The translations under genes and the position numbers were made by a program. Of a stretch of 64,000 bases of DNA, positions 49,328-58,660 are shown piece by piece. Numbering within the stretch: position 1 is the first letter of the stretch; every line of letters begins with the position of its first letter. The stretch comes from Deltaproteobacteria bacterium TMED58 (GTDB lineage: Bacteria > Desulfobacterota_D > UBA1144), in contig NHDL02000003.1 of the NCBI GenBank assembly GCA_002167555.2, forward strand, positions 81,734 through 145,733. The letters run 5' to 3'. The notes under the pieces were generated by a model, which made no database searches, had not been told where the DNA came from, and saw only the letters and a program-made list of their open reading frames with translations.

Positions 49328-50841
49328 TGATTTTATTATCAATTCTTTTTATTCCATTAATTGCAATTGTTCTTACCAATATTGTTGATAAAAAATCGTT
49401 TTACGTTAAAATTTTTCCTCTTCTAGGATCCTTAGCCTGTCTATTATTGATATTTTACTACTCTTCTCATAATAACTTATTGGAACTCGTAACCTTTGTT
49501 GAATATATTCATCTTTATGACATATTTCCTAAGCTTGGAATTTCAATGTCATTTTCTATATCAAAGATATCAATAATTCTTTTAATTTTGGCAAATATAA
49601 CAATATCAACCGCTTTGTTCTCAACTTTTAATATTAATAAACGATTAAATGAAATAAATACCCTAATACTTGTAATATCAATAGGGATATATGGACTTAT
49701 TATTGCGGATGACCTATTTGTTTTTTTTCTTTTTTATGAAATAGCTGTTGTTCCTATGTTCTTAATGATAACTAATTGGGGTTATGATTTAAAAAGAGAA
49801 ATATCTGGCCCGTTTAAAAAAATATTATCTAGCCTTTCAGTTGGAACTAAATCCTATGGAGCATACAAAATAACTTTATATTTATTAGTAGGATCACTAC
49901 TAATTTTTTTAGGTTTAGGAATTGTCGGAATAAATGAAGGGACTTTCTCAATTACCGAAATACTTAAAAACAAAGATTTTAATAGTGTTTCTGGCTCAGA
50001 TTTAAAAATTGCATTTTTTCTCCTTGTTTTAGGTTTTGGTTCCCATTCCGCACTTTGGCCTTTACATACTTGGGCACCAGATGGTCATGGCACTGCACCG
50101 ACTGCGGGATCTATAATTTTCGCTGGGATACTAATGAAAATTGGTGTTATAGGTTTTATAAAAATCCTTATAACAATCTTCAGTGTAACATTTGTTGAAT
50201 TTTCAAATATATTAATATTTTTAGCTTCAATAAATATAATATATGGCGCATTTACTGCTATGATGCAAGATGATTTAAAATACTTAGCTGCTTATGCTTC
50301 TTTATCACATATTGGATATATATTTTTAGCACTAGCCATGAATAATGAACTTGGGCTTAGTTCTGCGATACTTCAAACAGTGTCCCATGGATTAATTATC
50401 TGCTTACTATTCTTTTCTGTTGGACTAATATTTAATCATAAAAAAACGAGATCAATAAAAGAACTTAACTCACTTTCTGATAATTCACCTTGGATTTCAA
50501 AAATTTTTATCTTTGCTGCTTTTGCTAGTATTGGCTTTCCTTTAACTAGTGGATTTGTTGCAGAATTCCTAATTATAAGTAGTATAGCCGAAAGCGGAAA
50601 CTCTCTTTTAATAGTAATTCCTCTAATTGGAATATTCATTACCACTCTTTATATGTTTAGAACAGTGAAAAAAATATGTCTCAAGTATGTTGAAGGAGAT
50701 AAAGAATCCTCTTCTATCTCTTTTGATGAAAAGTTAATCTGTAGCTTTTTAATTATAATAATTATAATTGTTGGGATAGCTCCCAACTTTTTCCTAAATT
50801 TTATAAATGGAGAATCAATCAAGATTTTTCTTGGAATATAA
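49327..50841 (+). CDS. nuoM: complex I-like subunit M (antiporter-like)
   Basis: 504 aa with LWPLHTWAPDGHGTAPTAGSIIFAGILMK. Confidence 0.92.
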   Translation: MILLSILFIPLIAIVLTNIVDKKSFYVKIFPLLGSLACLLLIFYYSSHNNLLELVTFVEYIHLYDIFPKLGISMSFSISKISIILLILANITISTALFSTFNINKRLNEINTLILVISIGIYGLIIADDLFVFFLFYEIAVVPMFLMITNWGYDLKREISGPFKKILSSLSVGTKSYGAYKITLYLLVGSLLIFLGLGIVGINEGTFSITEILKNKDFNSVSGSDLKIAFFLLVLGFGSHSALWPLHTWAPDGHGTAPTAGSIIFAGILMKIGVIGFIKILITIFSVTFVEFSNILIFLASINIIYGAFTAMMQDDLKYLAAYASLSHIGYIFLALAMNNELGLSSAILQTVSHGLIICLLFFSVGLIFNHKKTRSIKELNSLSDNSPWISKIFIFAAFASIGFPLTSGFVAEFLIISSIAESGNSLLIVIPLIGIFITTLYMFRTVKKICLKYVEGDKESSSISFDEKLICSFLIIIIIIVGIAPNFFLNFINGESIKIFLGI

Positions 50842-50844
50842 ATC

Positions 50845-52239
50845 ATGGATCAAATTAAATTCTTGCTGCCCGAAATTACTTTAATTCTTTTATCTTTTGC
50901 ATTACTTTTTAATTCACTTATTGATCAAATAGATAAAAGAATAACTAATAAAATTCTTTTAATAATCGGTTCACTGGTCTCAATAATTTTACTACTAAAT
51001 GAGAACCCTCAAGGTTACTTTTTGAATGATACTTTTGAAAACAATACTTTAACGAATACAATCAAAGTACTTCTTGTCTCTGGCACGCTTTTAAGCCTTC
51101 TCTTGATTTCAAATTCAAAATCTGAGCAATTTAAAAACTTTTTTAATGAATACTGCTTTTTACTTATTCTGTCACTAGTTGGGGGAATGATTGTAGTATC
51201 ATCTAGGGAATTCTTAACTATGATAATATCCTTTGAAATACTAAGTATTCCCATATATTTAATTTCGGCTATGGGACCTAATTCAAAAAAATCAATTGAA
51301 GCTGCAACAAAACTTTTCTTTTTTGGAACACTTTCAACAGTATTCCTAATTTTCTCAGCTGTTCTTTTTTATTCAATTAGCGGAAGTACATATATTAATG
51401 ATATTGCTTGGTCGACAAAAGACTCTGTAATTGTACTAAGCACAATTTTCTTGCTCGTAACGGTAAGCTTTAAATGTGCACTATACCCTTTTCATTTCTG
51501 GGTTTCCGATACTTATGAATCTGCACCGATGAACATTCTTCCTTTCTTAAGCACTATTCCAAAAATTGCTATTATTGCATTCGTTTTCTTTTTCTTTCAA
51601 AATTTATATAATTTCAACACCAATAACCAGATTATAAATATAATATCAATATTAATAATTGGCTCTATTTCTTTTGGGTCTATATTAAGTGTGAAACAAA
51701 ATAATTTATTTAGACTTCTAGCTTACTCAGGAATACCTCACGCTGGAATTTTGATTGCATGTGCGATAAATCCTCTCCCAGTCTCATCAGATTTTCTAAT
51801 CCTATATTTCACTTTTTATATTTTCTCCAATGTGGGTCTTTTTATATGCTTAAATTCCCTTCCTAAAATAAATAAAGATTTTACTATCAATGATTTGAGT
51901 GGCCTTTATAAAGACTCCTCATTTATAGCAATTTGCTTAACAATTTTCCTTTTATCTCTTGCTGGAGCTCCTTTATTTGCAGGATTTTGGGGCAAATTTA
52001 ATGTTGCTTTAATATCATATAAATCTTTCGGCCTCTTTCTACCAATTTTAATCATGGCAAGCGCTGCTGTATCTTTCTATTACTATATAAAAATTATTAG
52101 ATTTATATTTTTAAATAAATCAATTGATCAGACTTATAAATTTAGTACTAATACTATAAATATTTTTCTAATAATTATTTGTGTAATTATTACTATGGCT
52201 TTAGGAATAAATCCAAACTTAATGACTAAGATTTTTTAA
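50845..52239 (+). CDS. nuoN: complex I-like subunit N (antiporter-like)
   Basis: 464-aa polytopic protein with the YPFHFWVSDTYESAPM motif. It is the last gene of the operon. Confidence 0.9.
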   Translation: MDQIKFLLPEITLILLSFALLFNSLIDQIDKRITNKILLIIGSLVSIILLLNENPQGYFLNDTFENNTLTNTIKVLLVSGTLLSLLLISNSKSEQFKNFFNEYCFLLILSLVGGMIVVSSREFLTMIISFEILSIPIYLISAMGPNSKKSIEAATKLFFFGTLSTVFLIFSAVLFYSISGSTYINDIAWSTKDSVIVLSTIFLLVTVSFKCALYPFHFWVSDTYESAPMNILPFLSTIPKIAIIAFVFFFFQNLYNFNTNNQIINIISILIIGSISFGSILSVKQNNLFRLLAYSGIPHAGILIACAINPLPVSSDFLILYFTFYIFSNVGLFICLNSLPKINKDFTINDLSGLYKDSSFIAICLTIFLLSLAGAPLFAGFWGKFNVALISYKSFGLFLPILIMASAAVSFYYYIKIIRFIFLNKSIDQTYKFSTNTINIFLIIICVIITMALGINPNLMTKIF

Positions 52240-52267
52240 TCTAGGATATTCAACAAAGATTCCAGCA

Positions 52268-53545
52268 CTATCTTTTATCTAGTTTTATATAATCTCTAGA
52301 ATCATAACCAGTATAAACTTGTCTAGGCCTAGCAATCTTTTGATCTTTATCTTCTAAAAGCTCTTTCCATTGGGCAAGCCAACCTGGTGTCCTACCGATT
52401 GTGAACAAGACTGTAAACATATCTTTTGGAATACCCATGCTTTCGTAGATGAGACCCGAATAAAAATCAACATTTGGATACAAATTCCTATCTACAAAGT
52501 AATCTTCACTCAGTGCAATTGATTCAAGCTCAAGGGCTATATCTAATAGAGGATTTGTACCAGTGACACTAAAAACTTTATCTGCAGCTTCTTTTAAATA
52601 TTTAGCTCTTGGGTCATATGCTTTGTAAACTCTATGACCAAAGCCCATTAATTTAACTTCTTTCTTTTTGACCTTTTGAATAAATGCGGGAATATTGTCA
52701 ACTGAGCCTATCTCAGTTAGCATTTGAAGAACAGCTTCATTGGCACCACCATGAAGGGGGCCGTACAAAGCAGCAGTTGCCGCTGAAACAGCTGAAAAAG
52801 GATCTGGCTCAGAACTCCCAACATTCCTCATAACACTTGCACTACAATTTTGCTCATGATCAGCATGCAAAATTAACAATGTATCCATAGCGCTGACCAA
52901 ATCAGGATGCATCTTTTTCTCATCCCCATGAAACATCATATTCAAAAAATTTTCAGCGTAATCTAAGGAATCATCAGGATTAATAAAGTCAAGACCTTGT
53001 GAGTGCCTATAAAAATTAGCTGCAAGTATTGGAACCTGTGCAATCAGACGACACATACTTCTATAATTCTCATCTGCGTCATCAATATTTTTTGATTCAG
53101 GGTAAAAAGTTGATAATGCTGCTTCAAGGCTAGTTAGAGCGCCCATTGCATGAGAATTCTGTGGAAATGCTTTAATTATATTATTAATATCTGCTGGAAC
53201 ACTATTATGTTCTTTAACATCTGCAATCCACTTCTTTAATTCCTCGTTATTAGGCAATTCACCATCAATTAATAGCTTTGAGACCTCCAATTGGCTACTA
53301 CTTTCAGCTAATTGCTCAATAGGATATCCTCTATATCGTAATATTCCTTCATCTCCATCTATATAAGTAACGCTGCTTCTGCAAGATGCAGTATTTTCAA
53401 AAGATGGGTCGTAACTCATCATTCCAAATTCATCTTCATTTACCTTAATTTGTCGCAAATCTTTTGCTCTTATATTTCCGTCATGTATTTCAATCTTATA
53501 CTCTTTATTAGTTCTACTATCATTTATAGTTAATATCTCAGACAA
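52268..53545 (-). CDS. gltA: citrate synthase
   Basis: 425 aa with LHADHEQNCS and GFGHRVYKAYDPRA motifs. TTG start lies 6 nt after AGGAGG. Confidence 0.95.
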   Translation of the reverse strand: MSEILTINDSRTNKEYKIEIHDGNIRAKDLRQIKVNEDEFGMMSYDPSFENTASCRSSVTYIDGDEGILRYRGYPIEQLAESSSQLEVSKLLIDGELPNNEELKKWIADVKEHNSVPADINNIIKAFPQNSHAMGALTSLEAALSTFYPESKNIDDADENYRSMCRLIAQVPILAANFYRHSQGLDFINPDDSLDYAENFLNMMFHGDEKKMHPDLVSAMDTLLILHADHEQNCSASVMRNVGSSEPDPFSAVSAATAALYGPLHGGANEAVLQMLTEIGSVDNIPAFIQKVKKKEVKLMGFGHRVYKAYDPRAKYLKEAADKVFSVTGTNPLLDIALELESIALSEDYFVDRNLYPNVDFYSGLIYESMGIPKDMFTVLFTIGRTPGWLAQWKELLEDKDQKIARPRQVYTGYDSRDYIKLDKR

Positions 53546-53667
53546 AACATGCCTCCTAGATGTTCACCTTAATTAATTTAAAAAATATTTTGCGGTGAAT
53601 AATAAGTAGTTATTATACACAAAATAGACAATGAAAAAAAGATTAAGAAGCCTCTGAACTTAAAATT

Positions 53668-55587
53668 TTAGTCTTTTAAATTAATAAGCTGTAGATTTTG
53701 ATAATCTATGTCATCGAAATATAGTTGAATAAAATCGTCTTTTTCGTATGAATTTTTACAATTTACCCTATCTACACTATCAAAAAAATTGAATTTATTA
53801 AAAAAAATAATATATTTATCTTTTAATTTTGCATAAATATATCCTGAAATCTCATTATGATTTTCCTGAGATAAATATTTTAGAGCCCATAATTTATAAA
53901 CTTTTTTTGACTTATCTTTAACGGATGAAAGCTTGGGTAGTACAATAGATAAATGCTTATCAAGGTCATCCTTGGTAAATAGAATTTCGTTTTTTTGAAG
54001 AAAGAATGAAATTTGCCTCATATTAATTGAGTCTAAATATCTACGTACAGGGGATGTAATCTGTAAATATGAGTCTAAACCTAGGCCACTATGCTTTTCA
54101 ACTTGAGATGAAATCTCGACTGGTGAGACTTTCCTGTGGAAACAAAAAGGAGGATTGTCATCTATAATTGAAATTTCAAGATTATCTGATTTTTTCTGAG
54201 ATCTGAATATAGCGGGTACTGAATTCTCAATAAAAAATTTTGAGAAATAAAAATTTGCTAATATCATAAGTTCTGAAACGATTCTTCTAGAATTTATTTG
54301 AGGTAGTTCATTAATAATAATATTATTTTTATTATTTAGTTTAATATTAATTTCTTGATTAAAAAACTTAAAATCTGCATTTTTTAATCTTTTATTATTT
54401 AAAATTTCAGTAAAACTATCAAGGAACTCGTAATTTAAATTATCTGGAATTAAAGATTGAAACCTTGAGTAGGTATAGTTCTCTTTAACTTTAATAATGC
54501 TTTCCTCAATTTCATGAGATATTATTTCAAAGTTTTCAATTTTGAAGTTAATGGATAAAACGGGTCTCAATTTACCTGATACTAAAGAAATACTTTCAAT
54601 CATTTTCTTGCTATATAAATCAAAATTTCCTGAGGGTACATATATCGTATTAATTATTTCTTTTGCTTTCTCGGTAAAAATAGAATTGTCTAGGAAAAAG
54701 GAACTAAAATTAGTTATATGCACAGACAATAAATAGACATCCCCTTCCCTTTTAATAGTGAATGCATCATCAAAGTCATATGTCTCTTCATCATCTATAG
54801 TAAAAGCCTCTAAAAAACTTTTTGATTCTAAATCTTTAGAGGCATTATCTTTTATCTGAGAATCTGAATAAGGAAAATCATTATCTAAATTTAGCAAACT
54901 ATATAATGGCTCAAAATTTTTATTAAATACACCAAATGATTTTAAAAGTGATAAAATTTCAAAGTAGTTATTTGCGCCTAGGGCATACTTGACGGACTCT
55001 ATAAAAGTCCTAGAATACTTCTTTTCACCAGCTAGATAGTTAATAATCTGAGTTATTTGTTCATTATATTTGGCCCAATCAACATTATCTGAATTATGAT
55101 TATCATTCAGCGCTCTAATAAAGTCTTTGGATAAATTCGCTTTTTGCTTCTTTATATCCAAATTATTCAAAATTTTTGATACTATATCCTTGGGGTTTAA
55201 ATAAACTTTGTCCTTATCTACAACTTTATAATATGTGAAATCGCTATTAAAAGATTCTAGGAAAATATTTAAATGATCATAATTTTTAATATCATAATAA
55301 TCAATTGCAGAGATTATAAAGTCCTCAATTGATAATATATTATATTTTTTAATTAAAAATGACCAAAAGTCTTCATGCGAAAATTGTATTTCTAATTTAT
55401 CAACCTTTTTATCTTCTAGTTTAATTTCATCGAGTACAATATCTTTGGCTGGTACTTCGTAGGAGTTATCTTGTTTATATTTGAAAATAATCAACTTTCT
55501 TTTTTTCTTATCGAAAGATATTTTTTTTACAAGAAAAATTCTTGAATTATCTTCAATCAATATTGAGTATTCGGACATAGAAATCAT
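53668..55587 (-). CDS. RNB-domain 3'-5' exoribonuclease (RNase II/R family) with an atypical N-terminal region
   Basis: 639 aa with RNB catalytic motifs FTIDDEETYDFDDAF and HSGLGLDSYLQITSPVRRYLD. The first 270 aa or so show no motif I recognise. Confidence 0.82.
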   Translation of the reverse strand: MISMSEYSILIEDNSRIFLVKKISFDKKKRKLIIFKYKQDNSYEVPAKDIVLDEIKLEDKKVDKLEIQFSHEDFWSFLIKKYNILSIEDFIISAIDYYDIKNYDHLNIFLESFNSDFTYYKVVDKDKVYLNPKDIVSKILNNLDIKKQKANLSKDFIRALNDNHNSDNVDWAKYNEQITQIINYLAGEKKYSRTFIESVKYALGANNYFEILSLLKSFGVFNKNFEPLYSLLNLDNDFPYSDSQIKDNASKDLESKSFLEAFTIDDEETYDFDDAFTIKREGDVYLLSVHITNFSSFFLDNSIFTEKAKEIINTIYVPSGNFDLYSKKMIESISLVSGKLRPVLSINFKIENFEIISHEIEESIIKVKENYTYSRFQSLIPDNLNYEFLDSFTEILNNKRLKNADFKFFNQEINIKLNNKNNIIINELPQINSRRIVSELMILANFYFSKFFIENSVPAIFRSQKKSDNLEISIIDDNPPFCFHRKVSPVEISSQVEKHSGLGLDSYLQITSPVRRYLDSINMRQISFFLQKNEILFTKDDLDKHLSIVLPKLSSVKDKSKKVYKLWALKYLSQENHNEISGYIYAKLKDKYIIFFNKFNFFDSVDRVNCKNSYEKDDFIQLYFDDIDYQNLQLINLKD

Positions 55588-57191
55588 TAAGACTTTTTAG
55601 AGGAAGCTTTTATAAAATTCAAAAATAACGGATGCGGCTGAAACGGCTTAGATTTAAACTCAGGATGAAATTGACAAGCAACAAACCAAGGGTGCTCTTT
55701 AATTTCTATTGTTTCTGCAAGCTTACCGTCAGGTGAAAGCCCACTTAGAATTAGCCCCTTTTTAGATAAAATATTATGGTATTTAGGGTTAACTTCATAT
55801 CTATGCCTATGTCTCTCAATAATTTTAGTTTTTCTATATGCTTCGGCAACTTTAGTTGACTTCTTAATTTCACAGGGATAGTCTCCAAGTCTCATATTCC
55901 CCCCTTTAGAATCAAGATTTTTTTGGTCTTCCATAATATCTATAACAAAATCTTTAATTTTTCTTCCGGATTCTCTAGAGTTAGCATTTTTTAAATCACA
56001 AACATTTCTAGCATACTCTACAACAGCCATTTGAAGTCCTAAACATATGCCAAAAAAAGGAATATTTTTCTCTCTTGCATATTTGATTGCAGAAATCTTG
56101 CCTTCAAAACCTCTATTCCCAAATCCACCTGGAACCAGAATTCCGTCACAATCAGAAAGAAGATTTTTTGGTGTTTCCTTTTGCAAATCTTCAGAATCAA
56201 TATAATTAATCTTAAGCTTTACATTATTATGAAAAGAGGCGTGATAAAGCGCCTCATGAAGGCTTTTATATGCATCTTTTAAATCTATATATTTTCCAAC
56301 TACGCCAATAGTAACTTCTTTCTTTAATTTCTTAATCTTTGAAACTATATTTTCCCACTTGGAAAAATCTGGCTCTTTAGTCCAGATTTTAAGATTTTCT
56401 AGGATGATGTCATCCAGCCCCTCTTTATGAAGAACAAGAGGTATTTCGTATATTATATCAACATCTTTTGCTGTGATAACTGACTCCACATTTAAATTAC
56501 AAAAAAGCGCTATCTTCTTCTTGATATCATTAGATAAAAACCTATCTGTTCTACAAAGTAAAATATCTGGCTGAATTCCTATTTGAAGAAGATCCTTAAC
56601 ACTATGCTGAGTAGGCTTTGTTTTTAATTCACCTGCAGCTGTTAAATATGGAACATAAGTCAAATGAATGAATATTGCATTTTCCCTACCGAGCTGGGAC
56701 CTAATTTGTCTTATTGATTCTAGAAAAGGTAGGCTCTCTATGTCGCCAACTGTTCCACCAATCTCAACTATAGAGACATCCTGTTTTTGCTTCAATGAAT
56801 AAATTCTTTTTATTATCTCGTCTGTTATATGAGGTATAACCTGAACTGTTTGACCTAAATACTCTCCCTTCCTTTCCTGAGAAATTACTTCGTCATAAAC
56901 CCTACCGCTTGTCACATTATTTTCTTGAGAAAAGGATGCATTAGTAAACCTTTCATAGTGCCCCAGGTCTAAATCGGTTTCAGCTCCATCGTTTGTAACA
57001 AAAACTTCTCCATGTTGGTATGGGTTCATAGTTCCTGGATCAATATTAAGGTATGGATCAAGCTTTTGCAGCGAAACTCTCATTCCACGTGCTTCCAGCA
57101 AGGCACCAATACATGCACTAGCCAGACCCTTTCCAAGAGAAGACATTACTCCTCCTGTTACAAATATATATTTCGTTACTTTCTTACGCAT
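55587..57191 (-). CDS. pyrG: CTP synthase
   Basis: From ATG 57191 the protein starts MRKKVTKYIFVTGGVMSSLGKG. The glutamine amidotransferase motif GICLGLQ is present. The ORF-track start at 57224 adds 11 non-conserved residues. Confidence 0.96.
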   Translation of the reverse strand: MRKKVTKYIFVTGGVMSSLGKGLASACIGALLEARGMRVSLQKLDPYLNIDPGTMNPYQHGEVFVTNDGAETDLDLGHYERFTNASFSQENNVTSGRVYDEVISQERKGEYLGQTVQVIPHITDEIIKRIYSLKQKQDVSIVEIGGTVGDIESLPFLESIRQIRSQLGRENAIFIHLTYVPYLTAAGELKTKPTQHSVKDLLQIGIQPDILLCRTDRFLSNDIKKKIALFCNLNVESVITAKDVDIIYEIPLVLHKEGLDDIILENLKIWTKEPDFSKWENIVSKIKKLKKEVTIGVVGKYIDLKDAYKSLHEALYHASFHNNVKLKINYIDSEDLQKETPKNLLSDCDGILVPGGFGNRGFEGKISAIKYAREKNIPFFGICLGLQMAVVEYARNVCDLKNANSRESGRKIKDFVIDIMEDQKNLDSKGGNMRLGDYPCEIKKSTKVAEAYRKTKIIERHRHRYEVNPKYHNILSKKGLILSGLSPDGKLAETIEIKEHPWFVACQFHPEFKSKPFQPHPLFLNFIKASSKKS

Positions 57192-57234
57192 AGGACTTAA
57201 TCTTATAATATTGAAAGTTTTCAATATTTACAAA

Positions 57235-57816
57235 TTAAATATTTATTCTTTTCATTAAATTCCTTATAGCCTCATATCTATGACTTATTAAATTTTTTTC
57301 CACCTGAGATAACTCTGCGAGAGTCTTTCCAAATTTTGTAACATAAAATATAGGATCATACCCGAACCCAGAGATTCCTCTTCTCTCAGTAATAATTTCA
57401 CCTGCACATTCTCCTTGGCTTATAATGATATCCTCTCTAGTTAAAGGGTTAAAATAAGCAATAGTGCAAACAAATTTACCTTTCCTATTTTGTGAGTTTC
57501 CCAATTCTAATAAGAGTTTTTCTATATTGCTATCATCAGATGCATTTACCCCTGAATATCTTGCGGAATGCACACCAGGTCTCCCACCGAGTTCTTCTAC
57601 TTCTAATCCAGAATCATCAGTAATAATTGGTATTGGAGATTTATCTTTTAAATAATTAAGCTTTAAAAGGGCATTCTCTTCATAAGTTAAGCCAGTTTCG
57701 TCAACATCAAGTGTTAATTTTAAATCAGATATAGGTATTGGGTCAAAATGAGGTTGCAGAAGGGCTTTATACTCTGCAATTTTGCCAAGATTGCTAGTTC
57801 CTACTAATATTTTCAT
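57235..57816 (-). CDS. rdgB: non-canonical purine NTP pyrophosphatase (RdgB/HAM1 family)
   Basis: 193 aa with VGTSNLGKIAEY, DDSGLEVEELGGRPGVHSARY and GFGYDPIF. Confidence 0.93.
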   Translation of the reverse strand: MKILVGTSNLGKIAEYKALLQPHFDPIPISDLKLTLDVDETGLTYEENALLKLNYLKDKSPIPIITDDSGLEVEELGGRPGVHSARYSGVNASDDSNIEKLLLELGNSQNRKGKFVCTIAYFNPLTREDIIISQGECAGEIITERRGISGFGYDPIFYVTKFGKTLAELSQVEKNLISHRYEAIRNLMKRINI

Positions 57817-57829
57817 TTTAATCCTTCAT

Positions 57830-58173
57830 TGGAGGCGCTGGGAATCGAACCCAGGTCCGGAAATCAGCTAAATAGAGCCTCTACATGCTTATTTTAGCTT
57901 TAATTTAAAAATATCCCCTGTGGCTAAAAAACAAAAGATACTTCGATTCTCTTAAATACTAATAAAAAGTCAGAGAAAACATTTTTATCAGGCCTATATA
58001 AATGACATTGAAAAAAACCCTATAGGCAAAGTTATTTCCAATGTTGCTACTCTATTTTAGGCAGCAAGTTGATTGATTGGTTCTGCACTTATTGTGCGAG
58101 TGCCAGTTTAACGAGTTAGCTCTCGGCATGCAGCATCTAAATGCTCAATTTACGTCGAAACCAAATCGCCCCC
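57830..58173 (-). ncRNA. ssrA: tmRNA (transfer-messenger RNA)
   Basis: On the minus strand, the 5' GGGGGCG pairs with the 3' CGCCUCC, giving a 7-bp acceptor stem that includes G3:U. The T-arm is CTGGGTTCGATTCCCAG. An internal tag ORF ends in LAA. The gene lies directly downstream of smpB. The 3' CCA is not encoded. Confidence 0.93.
58057..58086 (-). other. predicted tmRNA tag reading frame (AEPINQLAA-stop)
   Basis: GCA GAA CCA ATC AAT CAA CTT GCT GCC TAA on the minus strand. The choice of resume codon is inferred, not proven. Confidence 0.6.
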
Positions 58174-58206
58174 AAACAATATATATTAGAACATATTTAG
58201 AGGATA

Positions 58207-58659
58207 TTAAATACTTGTTTTATTTTTAAATTCTCTTTGAAGCTCTCTTTTAAGGTCTTTTTTCTTTAAATCCACTCTTTTATCATACAGCTTCTTACCC
58301 TTTCCTAGACCAATCTCAAACTTGATAAGGTTCTTTTTTGAGTAAACTTTTATAGGAACTAATGTGTAGCCTTTAATTTTAGTTTTACCAATTAATTTTC
58401 TTATTTCAATTTTATTTAACAGAAGTTTTCTGTCTCTGGTTTCATCATGATTAAAGTATGAGGAATTAGTATGCTTTGGTATGTAAGAATTTATTACATA
58501 TAATTCACCTTTTTTTATAATGGCATAACTTTCTTTAATACTAATTTTACCATTCTTTATAGATTTGACCTCAGATCCTGAGAGTACAACACCTGCTTCG
58601 AACTTTTCTTCAATATGAAAATTTCTGTTTGCATTAGGATTGGATGAGTAGATTGCCAT
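58207..58659 (-). CDS. smpB: SsrA-binding protein
   Basis: 150 aa with SmpB motifs (FEAGVVLSGSEVKS, YIPKH..., RDRKLLLNK). Confidence 0.95.
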   Translation of the reverse strand: MAIYSSNPNANRNFHIEEKFEAGVVLSGSEVKSIKNGKISIKESYAIIKKGELYVINSYIPKHTNSSYFNHDETRDRKLLLNKIEIRKLIGKTKIKGYTLVPIKVYSKKNLIKFEIGLGKGKKLYDKRVDLKKKDLKRELQREFKNKTSI

Positions 58660-58660
58660 A

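Noticed and set aside
52240-52267. Expected bidirectional terminator between the convergent nuoN and gltA
   Set aside because: Only a 3-bp potential stem was found in the 28-nt spacer, with no convincing hairpin. The other convergent junctions (30899/30903, 34409/34422, 41003/41012) look the same.
57817-58206. Possible genomic island or integrase at the tmRNA locus
   Set aside because: The tmRNA is flanked at 14 nt and 33 nt by rdgB and smpB. There is no duplicated 3' tmRNA fragment, no integrase and no inserted DNA.
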